Origin: Clostridia bacterium
Lineage (GTDB): Bacteria > Bacillota > Clostridia > Oscillospirales > CAG-272
Direction: 5' to 3'
DNA: 64,000 bases
NCBI GenBank assembly: GCA_017935065.1
Contig: JAGBIF010000012.1
Span: forward strand, 623-64,622
Part shown: positions 18,721 to 27,445 of the stretch, in pieces
How positions within the stretch are numbered: position 1 is the stretch's first letter
Layout: each line of letters opens with the position of its first letter
Program-made: the position numbers and the translations under genes
The notes under the pieces: model-generated
Told to the model about the DNA's origin: nothing
Seen by the model: the letters and a program-made list of their open reading frames with translations, nothing else
The model's database searches: none

Positions 18721-18880
18721 ACAGCTTAAAAGCCGTCCCGTGCGCGAGCGCTCAAGCTCTCTTACATCCCGCCCGTAGCCCCGAAGGGCGCTTATAATAA
18801 GGCTATCCGTAAGGCTATCTCCTTTTACTGTTCTGTTCTTTTATTCCGAAGCTTTGGTATTCCGAAATTTTTTCCGAGCC

Positions 18881-19636
18881 TTATTGCTTATCGCCACAGA
18901 GCCTGCTCTTTCTTTTGGATTTAGGCTTAAGCGCTTCCTCATACTCGGGATGAAGCGCAAGCAGCTCGGGACGGCGCTCGCGTGTCAGCTCGACCGCGCG
19001 CTCAAGTCGCCATCTGTCTATTTTCGCGTGGTCCCCTGAGAAAAGCACCTCGGGCACCGTCATTCCCATAAAGTCGCGTGGCTTGGTATATTGCGGGTAT
19101 TCGAGAATTCCCGAGGCGATGCTCTCGTTTTCATAGCACTCGGGCTTGGCAAGCACGCCGTCGATAAGCCTTGATACCGCGTCGATTACGATGCAGGCGG
19201 GAAGCTCACCGCCCGTAAGCACGTAGTCACCGATAGAGATCTCCTCGTCGATAAGCGTGTCGATTATTCTCTGGTCGACACCCTCGTAGTGACCGCAGAG
19301 GAACACAAGCTCGTCATACTGTGACAGCTCGCGCACCACCTCGTGGGTAAGCGTTCTGCCCTTGGGTGACATATATATTACTCTTGTCCTGCTGTCCTCC
19401 TTAATATTCGCCCTGACCGCATCAAGACAGCTGAATACGGGCTGACAGGTCATAACCATTCCGACACCGCCGCCAAAGGGGGTATCGTCGGTCTTTCTGT
19501 GCTTGTCGGCAGAATAGTCGCGGATATTGTAGGTGTCAAGCGATATCAGCCCCGAGGAAAGCGCGCGCCCGATAATGCTCTCGGAAAGCGTTCTCTCTAT
19601 AAGCTCGGGAAAGAGTGTCATAACATGATAATGCAT
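18881..19636 (-). CDS. trmD: tRNA (guanine37-N1)-methyltransferase
   Basis: TLFPE, DDTPFGGGVGMVM, CGHYEGVDQR, SIGDYVLTGGE, YPQYTKP; ATG 19636 just after the rimM stop. Confidence 0.96.
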   Translation of the reverse strand: MHYHVMTLFPELIERTLSESIIGRALSSGLISLDTYNIRDYSADKHRKTDDTPFGGGVGMVMTCQPVFSCLDAVRANIKEDSRTRVIYMSPKGRTLTHEVVRELSQYDELVFLCGHYEGVDQRIIDTLIDEEISIGDYVLTGGELPACIVIDAVSRLIDGVLAKPECYENESIASGILEYPQYTKPRDFMGMTVPEVLFSGDHAKIDRWRLERAVELTRERRPELLALHPEYEEALKPKSKRKSRLCGDKQ

Positions 19637-19637
19637 A

Positions 19638-20144
19638 TCAGTCAATAAGACCAGGGATGACGCGGATAAATACACCGCGCTCCTCGTCTATCTCCTTAAT
19701 GAATTCGCCGACGTCGGGAACGAGAGCCGTTTTCTCTCCCGTATCGATTACGAAAAGCCTTCCCCTTACCGCGTCGGTTATATCCGTAACCGTTCCGAGC
19801 CTTCTTCCCGTATCGAAGTCGTAGGCGTCAAGGCCTATTATATCCTGAAGAAAATATGCCCCCTTAGCAAGCGGTATATCCTCTCTTTTAAGATACAGCA
19901 CCGTATTTTTCATAGCCTGCACCGTCTCTCTGTCGCATATGCCCGAAAGCGACATAAGAAGATGCTGTGCCTGTCTTACGCACGACTCTATTCTCATTTC
20001 TCTTTTTGCCTCTCCTTCGGCGAGAAAAACGCGCTTTTGCGCGATGAGAACCTCGGGTGAGTCGCACCAGACCTCAACCTTCATAAGACCTCTTACACCG
20101 TGAGGTGCGAGTATTCTTCCACATTCAAGATATTCCTTTTTCAT
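19638..20144 (-). CDS. rimM: 16S rRNA processing protein RimM
   Basis: GRILAPHGVRG, YFLQDIIG, IPGLID; directly upstream of trmD. Confidence 0.92.
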   Translation of the reverse strand: MKKEYLECGRILAPHGVRGLMKVEVWCDSPEVLIAQKRVFLAEGEAKREMRIESCVRQAQHLLMSLSGICDRETVQAMKNTVLYLKREDIPLAKGAYFLQDIIGLDAYDFDTGRRLGTVTDITDAVRGRLFVIDTGEKTALVPDVGEFIKEIDEERGVFIRVIPGLID

Positions 20145-20153
20145 AACGGGAAT

Positions 20154-20182
20154 ATTTTAGCATATTTTGAAGAATATGTCAA
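20154..20182 (-). promoter_or_regulatory. Sigma-A promoter of rimM-trmD, probably producing a leaderless mRNA
   Basis: TTGACA-17 nt-TAAAAT with extended TG; only 9 nt between the -10 box and the ATG; no Shine-Dalgarno. Confidence 0.7.
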
Positions 20183-21264
20183 CCGAGAAGCCGTCTGTAA
20201 AGCGAAATATATCTCTCGTTCATTTTTTCTCTCGTAAAATCCGAAAGAAAGCACACCCTCGCCCCGCGCGAGAGACTTTCGTAAAGAGCCCTGTCCTCTA
20301 AAAGCAAAGAGAGCGCATCCGTAAGCCCCTCGGCATCGTCACCGTCAAAAATAAGCCCCGATACCCCGTGCCTTATCATTTCGGGATTTCCGCCGAAATC
20401 GGATACCACCGAGGGGATCCCCAGCGACATACACTCGCTCGTTGCGAGGCAGGAGGTCTCGGTGCCCCGCGAGGCATTGACGTTTATATCAAAAATGCTC
20501 TGATAGGGATGAGGGTTATCGACAAAGCCTGTAAAATGCGTAATTCCAAGAAGCGAGTGCTGGGCGCAGAGCCTTTTCATCTCATAAAGCGCGCTCCCGC
20601 CCCCCACGATAAGAAGAAAGATATTATACCTATGGCAAAGCCCCGACACCGCGCGGAAAAGAAGGTCCTGCCCCTTTACCCACTCAACCCTCGCGCACAT
20701 ACCGATGACGGTGGCACCCCTGTCAATGCCAAGCGCGTCGCGTAGCTTCAGCCTTTCCTCGGGCGGAAGCCTACGCTTGCCCTCGCTCCCGTTTTTTATA
20801 GTGACGATAGCCCCCTCGGGCACACCCTCGCCGATAAGCGCTCTGGTCGCGAAGTCGGCGGTAGAAACGGTAAGGTCGGTCAGGCGGTTATAGAAAATTC
20901 GCCGAAGCGGGGACGTGGCATTCCTTGCGGTTGCGCAGTGCCTCGTCGAGATCAGCCTCGGTATGCCGAGAAGTCTGCCCGCGATACGCGACGAGAGGCT
21001 TGCGTGCGAGTGAAGAAGCCTCGGCGTATTTCTCTTTAAATATCTGTAAAGCGTAGCAATATCGCGTGTGCCCACGGTGGCGTCAGCGCTTATATCAAGA
21101 GGCGTTATCCTCGCGCCAAGCCCCGACAGGCGCCCCACTAGCGCCGAGCCTCTCGGAACTATCACCTCGGTATCAAACACCCCTGCCGTGCCCGACAGAA
21201 TTGAAGACAGAAGCACCCCCGCCCCGCCGATATTTCCGTCTGATATTACATGCGTAATTTTAAT
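20179..21264 (-). CDS. GT4 (GT-B) glycosyltransferase
   Basis: [46 protein letters not shown]. Conserved N-terminus IKITHVISDGNIGGAG lies in frame upstream of the GTG at 21216 and starts at an ATT (21264). Confidence 0.8.
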   Translation of the reverse strand: MKITHVISDGNIGGAGVLLSSILSGTAGVFDTEVIVPRGSALVGRLSGLGARITPLDISADATVGTRDIATLYRYLKRNTPRLLHSHASLSSRIAGRLLGIPRLISTRHCATARNATSPLRRIFYNRLTDLTVSTADFATRALIGEGVPEGAIVTIKNGSEGKRRLPPEERLKLRDALGIDRGATVIGMCARVEWVKGQDLLFRAVSGLCHRYNIFLLIVGGGSALYEMKRLCAQHSLLGITHFTGFVDNPHPYQSIFDINVNASRGTETSCLATSECMSLGIPSVVSDFGGNPEMIRHGVSGLIFDGDDAEGLTDALSLLLEDRALYESLSRGARVCFLSDFTREKMNERYISLYRRLLG

Positions 21265-21386
21265 AGCATAATCCTCGCTTTTGTAAACAATAATATATAT
21301 TTCTACGACTTATTATAAACAAAAATGCCCACCTGCATACGCAGAGGGCAAATTGTTTGTTAATTTGTTTTCTTAAGAGCATCGCT

Positions 21387-21884
21387 CTATTTTCCACCGC
21401 TTCTTTTTTTCTTAAAGAAGCTGGAGAGAAGCTCTTTTGCCTCATCCTCAAGCACACCGCCCGAAAGCGCGAAGCTGTGATTGAAGCCGAGGGCGTTGAG
21501 ATTGACGAGCGACCCCAGGGCGCCAAACCTTATATCGTGCGCACCGAAAACCACCCTGTCAATTCTTGAATTTATTATAGCACCCGCGCACATAGGACAG
21601 GGCTCAAGGGTGACATAAAGCGTAGCGCTCGGTATTCGCCATCCGCCAAGCCTTTTGCAGGCGCGCTCTATACAGAGAAGCTCGGCGTGGTGGGTTGCGC
21701 ATTTGGATGCCTCGCGCTCGTTGCCCGCCTCGGCAATAATCTCTCCGTCCTTAACTATCACCGCGCCTATCGGCACCTCGTCGCGCTCGCCCGCAAGGCG
21801 CGCAAGCTCAAGCGCTCTTTTCATATAAAGTATATCCTCGTCGGTGACGGGCGAGGAATTGATTTCGGCATCGTTCGTTTTCAT
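21387..21884 (-). CDS. tadA: tRNA-specific adenosine deaminase
   Basis: EVPIGAVIV, HAE, TLEPCPMCAGA. Confidence 0.9.
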   Translation of the reverse strand: MKTNDAEINSSPVTDEDILYMKRALELARLAGERDEVPIGAVIVKDGEIIAEAGNEREASKCATHHAELLCIERACKRLGGWRIPSATLYVTLEPCPMCAGAIINSRIDRVVFGAHDIRFGALGSLVNLNALGFNHSFALSGGVLEDEAKELLSSFFKKKRSGGK

Positions 21885-21921
21885 CTGAAGGCTTCCTTTT
21901 CTAAAATAAATTATACAGAGC

Positions 21922-22716
21922 TTATATCAGAACAAGATTGCTGATGGCAATAAAGAGTGAAACCGCCGCAAGCGCTATCGGCGCATAGCCAAACGCCTCG
22001 TCATCCCCTGCCGTCAGGGGAGAGAGGTATTTGACGAATGCCCTACGGCGCAGGATAAGAAACAGAGCGCATACGAGTGCTAAGACACCCACCGTAATAA
22101 ATACGGGCAGGGTAAGCGCGGGGTAGAGCATAGTCACCACCGACAGGGTATTATTAAGAAAATGAATAATAAGCGAGGGAAGAATACTTCCTGTGGCAAG
22201 GTCAACATAGCAGAGAATAACACCGCCGACAAAGGCGTAGGGTATCTGAAAGAGATTTGTGTGACAGAGCGAAAACAAGAGGGCGGATATAAGCACCGTC
22301 ACTCGCGGGCTCTTATCACCCATAAGTCTTATCGGCATATAACGGAAAAGCGCTTCCTCAAGCACCGAGGGAATAAGCGCGTGCATAAGAAGCGCCATCG
22401 GCAGAGGCCCCTCTATCACCTTAGTATTCTCAAAGCCGAACGCCCCCATAAGAAGAGTTGTAAGATAGGCAAAAAGCACTATAAGCGAAATAGCGACGGG
22501 AACCGAGCAGATAAAGGGAAGCACATCCCCCTTTTTTATTCCGAGCGAAAGCCTATGACCTCTCTCGCGAGAGGTAGCAAGAGCTATAAGCACGGGCGCG
22601 ATAAAGGCAAGATAATAAATAATATCCGAGCCGACACCGCGCATCGAGCCTGATATTGCAAGCAGAAGAATAAACAAGAGGTCGCAAAGGGTAATTAGCG
22701 TAACCGTACCTTTCAT
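21922..22716 (-). CDS. CPBP (CAAX/Abi) family intramembrane glutamic endopeptidase
   Basis: EEALFR, FSLCH, HFLNN motifs in a multi-TM protein. Confidence 0.88.
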   Translation of the reverse strand: MKGTVTLITLCDLLFILLLAISGSMRGVGSDIIYYLAFIAPVLIALATSRERGHRLSLGIKKGDVLPFICSVPVAISLIVLFAYLTTLLMGAFGFENTKVIEGPLPMALLMHALIPSVLEEALFRYMPIRLMGDKSPRVTVLISALLFSLCHTNLFQIPYAFVGGVILCYVDLATGSILPSLIIHFLNNTLSVVTMLYPALTLPVFITVGVLALVCALFLILRRRAFVKYLSPLTAGDDEAFGYAPIALAAVSLFIAISNLVLI

Positions 22717-24863
22717 CGCTCGCCATCCTTTCGGGAAACTTCCTTATTTTGCAAAGAACTATTGTCATAATCGTCGGTAATTAAGGAGTATCTCAACCGC
22801 ACAAGCGAAACGTCTGCTTCCTCAAGGCGAACTCTGACGGGCGTTCCTACCGTGTAGACAATACCCTGACGGCGGATGCTTATGCTTGCCTCATCGTATA
22901 TATAGCCCATACCCAGCGACGACAGCGGAATAAGCCCCTCGCAGGTGTTCTCGGGTGTGACGAAAAGCCCGTGCTCGCTCACCCCCGTCACGCACGCGTC
23001 GAATTCAAGCCCTACCTTGTCCTGCATATACATCACCTTGTAGAGCGCCTCTATTTTGCGCTCTGCCGAAAGCGCGCGAAGCTCGCCCTCGGTGGCTGCC
23101 GCGGCGGCGCGCCTTGCGTAGCCCACATAGCGCGAGGGCGAGGCACCGTCAAAAAGAACCTTGTGGATTATTCTGTGTGTCGCGAGGTCGGAGAGCCTTC
23201 TTATCGGCGAGGTGAAGTGACAGTAGGTGTCAATTCCAAGCCCGAAGTGCGGAAGCCTTGCCTCAGAGTATTTTGCCTTTGCCATTGAGCGAAGCGTCTG
23301 GTAGGAGACCGCCTGATACACACCGCGCTCCTTTGCCTCATCAAGCACCCTTCGGATATCCTCACCGCGGACCCCCTCCTTTCGCAGAGCAAAGGAGCCT
23401 ATGCCAAGCGCCTGAAGATAGTCGGCAAGCGCGGTCAGCTTTTCCGCAGACGGTGCCTCGTGTATTCGGTAGACGAGAGGAATTGCGCGCTCGGTAAGAT
23501 AGCAGGCTACCGCCTCGTTTGCCGTGAGCATAAACTGCTCTATCATCATTTCGGCATCCCCGCGCGTCTGCTTTATTATATCGGTAGGCATTCCGTGCTC
23601 GTCAAGCGGGATATAGACCTCGCTTGATTCAAGCTCGACAGCACCTCGCGCCTCGCTTCTTTTCTTAAGAATAAGGTAAAGCTCGTGCATCGTGCGAAGC
23701 GAGGGAATTTGCGCCTTGTATTTTTTGAGAATATCGGCATCTGCCGTGCCGTCGAAAATTCGGTTGATTTCGGAATATACGCCCTTGACGGTGCTGTTGA
23801 TTATACCCTTGTTGAGCTTAAGCTGCTCTATCTCACCGCGCTCCGATAGCGTGATTTCGGCAGATAGGGTATATTTGTCACCGCCGGGATGAAGCGAGCA
23901 TACCTCCTCGGACAGCTCACGCGGAAGCATAGGCACCACCCTGTCGGTAAAGTATACGCTCGTGCCCCTCGCGGTAACCAGCCTGTCAAGCGGTGTCCTT
24001 TCGGGCACATAGTAGGACACGTCGGCAATATGCACGTAGAGGATATACCCGCCCTTGGGTCGGCGCCTTATAGCTATGGCATCGTCAAGGTCCTTCGCCC
24101 ACTCGGAATCTATCGTGAATACCGTGCCCGAGTATCTCACTCTGCCCTCGTCAAGCACGGGCATATCAAGGCACTCTCTTGCCTGTGCCAGCTCATCGGG
24201 CGAAAACTCGGTGGCAATACCGCACTCGGCAAGTATCGCGGCATAGCTCGCATAAGGGTCGTCCGCCTTTCCGTATATATCCGACACCTCAAGGGTAATA
24301 TCACCGCGGTTTCCCTTGTGGCGCTTTATCAGAGCGCGTATCTTGTCACCGCCCTCAGCCTCGCCGAAAAGCGTAAGCTCGCGTCTTATATGCGCGTCGT
24401 CGGGCAGGAGCGTCAGGCTTCTTACACGCCTTCTGTGGATATATTCTATATCCTCTCTGACCGTACCGACGATATAAGGCTCGCGCTTTTGTTTTATTTC
24501 CGTAATTCTGCCCTCGGTCCTGAGCCTTCCCGCCCCGTCGCGGTATTCGTGAAAGCTCACCGTTACGGTATCCCCGCCGATAGCGTCGCGCCTCTCGGAT
24601 GCGGGAACGAAGATATCCCCTCGCTCGTAATCCTCGGTGCGGACAAAGCCGTAGCCCGAGCTGCTCTCAAAAAAGACACCCGTAGCGATGCTTGAGTAAC
24701 CGCGCGCCCCGATATCGTGCACCCCGAATTTTGCGCGGGATATATCCACGCCCGCTTCCTCGGCAAGGCGTGCAAGCTCCTTTTTCATCATCCTATCTCT
24801 GTCGCGCCGCGAGACGTTACTGCGCGCCGAGTAGGTCTTACTTGTTTTCTTGCTTCTTTTCAT
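22713..24863 (-). CDS. rnr: Ribonuclease R (RNB domain, S1)
   Basis: TIDSEWAKDLDDA, VHIADVS, HFTSPIRRLSDL, C-terminal S1; follows secG; likely start ATG 24863. Confidence 0.9.
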   Translation of the reverse strand: MKRSKKTSKTYSARSNVSRRDRDRMMKKELARLAEEAGVDISRAKFGVHDIGARGYSSIATGVFFESSSGYGFVRTEDYERGDIFVPASERRDAIGGDTVTVSFHEYRDGAGRLRTEGRITEIKQKREPYIVGTVREDIEYIHRRRVRSLTLLPDDAHIRRELTLFGEAEGGDKIRALIKRHKGNRGDITLEVSDIYGKADDPYASYAAILAECGIATEFSPDELAQARECLDMPVLDEGRVRYSGTVFTIDSEWAKDLDDAIAIRRRPKGGYILYVHIADVSYYVPERTPLDRLVTARGTSVYFTDRVVPMLPRELSEEVCSLHPGGDKYTLSAEITLSERGEIEQLKLNKGIINSTVKGVYSEINRIFDGTADADILKKYKAQIPSLRTMHELYLILKKRSEARGAVELESSEVYIPLDEHGMPTDIIKQTRGDAEMMIEQFMLTANEAVACYLTERAIPLVYRIHEAPSAEKLTALADYLQALGIGSFALRKEGVRGEDIRRVLDEAKERGVYQAVSYQTLRSMAKAKYSEARLPHFGLGIDTYCHFTSPIRRLSDLATHRIIHKVLFDGASPSRYVGYARRAAAAATEGELRALSAERKIEALYKVMYMQDKVGLEFDACVTGVSEHGLFVTPENTCEGLIPLSSLGMGYIYDEASISIRRQGIVYTVGTPVRVRLEEADVSLVRLRYSLITDDYDNSSLQNKEVSRKDGER

Positions 24864-24890
24864 TTTTCTCTTTTCTAAAAATTTATGAAT

Positions 24891-24927
24891 AAAGAAAGCG
24901 GAAGGCACAGGCGCTTCCGCTTTCTTT
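24891..24927 (-). terminator. Intrinsic terminator or attenuator between secG and rnr
   Basis: AAAGAAAGCGGAAG / CTTCCGCTTTCTTT perfect stem. Confidence 0.75.
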
Positions 24928-24934
24928 ATCCTTT

Positions 24935-25225
24935 TTACTTGAAGATCTCAGCGTATTCCGAAATGGTATTCCACTCATTGGTTATGTTGGAATAGTCGGG
25001 CTGAAGCACATAGACGAGGGTAACCGCAACCGCGAATACAAGGCACGTGATGAGCGTGATCCTGTAAAGAAGCTTGCCGTTTCCTGCCTTCTTATCCTTA
25101 CCGTAAAAATTGTCAGAGCCACCTGCGATAGAGCCCGAGAGGCCCTCGTTGGATTTCTGGAAGGTTACTGCAACTATTATAACGATAGCACATACGAGCA
25201 GTAACGCGAGAAGTACGTATTCCAT
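24935..25225 (-). CDS. secG: Preprotein translocase subunit SecG
   Basis: Two TM helices flanking FQ..GLSGSIAGG; upstream of rnr. Confidence 0.88.
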   Translation of the reverse strand: MEYVLLALLLVCAIVIIVAVTFQKSNEGLSGSIAGGSDNFYGKDKKAGNGKLLYRITLITCLVFAVAVTLVYVLQPDYSNITNEWNTISEYAEIFK

Positions 25226-25513
25226 TTATTTTTCTCCTATCTTTACCTCTTTAAGTAATTACCGCCGACAGTATCCGACACACCGATTGGCACGGCACAG
25301 TGGGGTATTTTCCAAAATATATAAGTATTCTATCACAATACTTCAGAAAAAGCAAGACCTTTTTTGAATTTTTTTAAGGAAGTGACGGCAGAGCGGTAAT
25401 TATTAACAAAAAATACTGTCAAAATACCGATTGTAGGGAATTTCGCTTGACTAAAGATTTTAAAAGATATATAATTCGACTGGCAAAGCAACAAACCTAA
25501 GCGAGGAAAATTT

Positions 25514-27325
25514 ATGAAAAGACTTTTTGCGAAGAATAAATGCTCGGCAGATTCGGTGCTGTCTGCATCCGAGTTTAAATTCACCTGTGACGGCGAGCCT
25601 CTTGGAGAGATACCGAAGGACAAGGGCGAGTGCGCGGTAAGACACGCCGAGAAGTACCTTGAGGGTGTCATTCCCGTGCTTCCCGCAAGTGACTTTATGC
25701 GCTTCGTGCGCGACGGAAACCGTATGATCTTTGAGCGTCCCTATCACGACAGGCGCAAGGCGCTCGTGTTTATGTCGCTTGCCGAGGCGTACGAGAGGAT
25801 GGGACGCTTCACCGACAGAATTATAGATTATCTTTTTGCCGTCTTTGAGGAAAGCACCTGGGTGATCCCCGCGCATCAGTCGAATATCAGGAATGTGACT
25901 GACGGACTTCTTCCCCCTATTGCGGGTGACGGTGCCCTTCACGGAATAGACCTCTTTGCCGCAACTACGGCTGCTACGCTTACGACCGTATATCTGTGCG
26001 TTGGGGATGAGCTTGACAAGGTAAGCCCTGTCATAATCAAGCGCTTGAGATACGAGATAGAGAAGCGAATTTTTATACCCTACTCACAGATTACCTTCGG
26101 CTGGTCGGGCGAGTTTGGCGGCGCGCCCAGCAACTGGAACCCCTGGATAATATCGAACGTCCTCTACACCGCCGCGATACTCGAAGAGGATATGGACAGG
26201 CGCCGCGCTATCGTATCGCGAAGCATGAGGTATCTTGATAACTATACCGCCTTTCTCGGTGACGACGGTGGCTGTGACGAGGGGCCGAGCTATTGGTCAA
26301 GCGCCGCGGCATCCTATTTTGACGCAGCCGAGATACTCTACGGAATGTCGGGCGGAAAAATTGATATATTCAAGGAGCCGCTTCTTCGGGATATGTGCGA
26401 ATATGAGGTAAAGCTCTACGTCGACGGAATTACCTTCCTGAACTTTGCCGACTGTCCGCCTCATATAAGACTTTGCTCATCAATGCTTAACAGGATGGGA
26501 AAACGGCTTTCCTCACCCGCGCTAAAGAGCTTTTCGCACGTGATGGCGCGTCATCATCGCGCCCCGATTGAAAACTCGCACGGCTACCGCGTTTACAGGG
26601 GCTTTTTCGACTTCGTTGAGCCGACCGATGAAAGCGAGGGTATTACCGATGCCTACCTTCCCGACCTCAAGATAATGGTGGCGAGAGAAAATCCGAAAAC
26701 CGACACGGGTATGCTCGTTGCCGTAAAGGGCGGTGACAACGGTGAGCATCACAATCACAATGATTTAGGAAGCGTGAGCCTCTACTACGGCGGCAAGCCC
26801 GTCTTTATGGATAACGGTGCGGGCGAGTACACGAAAAAGACCTTTTCCTCGGAGCGCTACACCCTCTGGTATATGCAGTCAAGGTATCACAATACCCTGA
26901 CCGTAAACGGTGTAGCGCAGACCGACGGCAGACAGTTCAGGACCACGGATGAGGTGTATGACAGGGATGCCCGCTCCCTCACGCTTCAGCTTCGCGAGGC
27001 ATACGGCAGCGAGGCGGGAATTAAGTCGCTTAAGAGAACGGTAGGCCTTAACGGCGGCACAGTCACTATAACCGACGAGGTATCTCTTTGCGAGATGAGT
27101 GAGGTTGAAATACATTTCCTCACACCCGAGGCGCCGACATTCAGCGGCAACCGCGCACTTGTCGCACAGGGCAGAGTTCTTACCTTTGATGAAAGACTTA
27201 CACCGAGCGTTGAGAAAATAGAGCTTGACCCCTCGCTCGTCGGCAGATGGGGCACCCCCGAGATTTATATGATAAGACTGAAGGCGACCGTCAAGGAAGC
27301 AACCTTTGTTCTTACCGTTGAGTAG
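25514..27325 (+). CDS. Heparinase II/III-family polysaccharide lyase-like protein (cytoplasmic)
   Basis: EESTWVIPAH, IDLFAA, NWNPWI, CDEGPSYW, NFAD, HNHNDLGS, YHNT; no signal peptide. Confidence 0.85.
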   Translation: MKRLFAKNKCSADSVLSASEFKFTCDGEPLGEIPKDKGECAVRHAEKYLEGVIPVLPASDFMRFVRDGNRMIFERPYHDRRKALVFMSLAEAYERMGRFTDRIIDYLFAVFEESTWVIPAHQSNIRNVTDGLLPPIAGDGALHGIDLFAATTAATLTTVYLCVGDELDKVSPVIIKRLRYEIEKRIFIPYSQITFGWSGEFGGAPSNWNPWIISNVLYTAAILEEDMDRRRAIVSRSMRYLDNYTAFLGDDGGCDEGPSYWSSAAASYFDAAEILYGMSGGKIDIFKEPLLRDMCEYEVKLYVDGITFLNFADCPPHIRLCSSMLNRMGKRLSSPALKSFSHVMARHHRAPIENSHGYRVYRGFFDFVEPTDESEGITDAYLPDLKIMVARENPKTDTGMLVAVKGGDNGEHHNHNDLGSVSLYYGGKPVFMDNGAGEYTKKTFSSERYTLWYMQSRYHNTLTVNGVAQTDGRQFRTTDEVYDRDARSLTLQLREAYGSEAGIKSLKRTVGLNGGTVTITDEVSLCEMSEVEIHFLTPEAPTFSGNRALVAQGRVLTFDERLTPSVEKIELDPSLVGRWGTPEIYMIRLKATVKEATFVLTVE

Positions 27326-27388
27326 CCCCAAGACAAAGAGGATTTACAGCTCTTAAGACAAATCAGATATTACATACTACGATAAAAT

Positions 27389-27429
27389 AAGGCGCGTTTT
27401 GCAACTGATTGTTTGCAAAACGCGCCTTT
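27389..27429. terminator. Bidirectional intrinsic terminator
   Basis: AAGGCGCGTTTTGCAA / TTGCAAAACGCGCCTT stem between convergent genes. Confidence 0.75.
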
Positions 27430-27445
27430 GCGCTGGGAAAAGACT

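Noticed and set aside
18844-18878. Three TTCCGA(A/G) direct repeats upstream of the O-antigen ligase-like gene as Spo0A boxes
   Set aside because: They do not match TGNCGAA and the spacing is irregular; not enough support.
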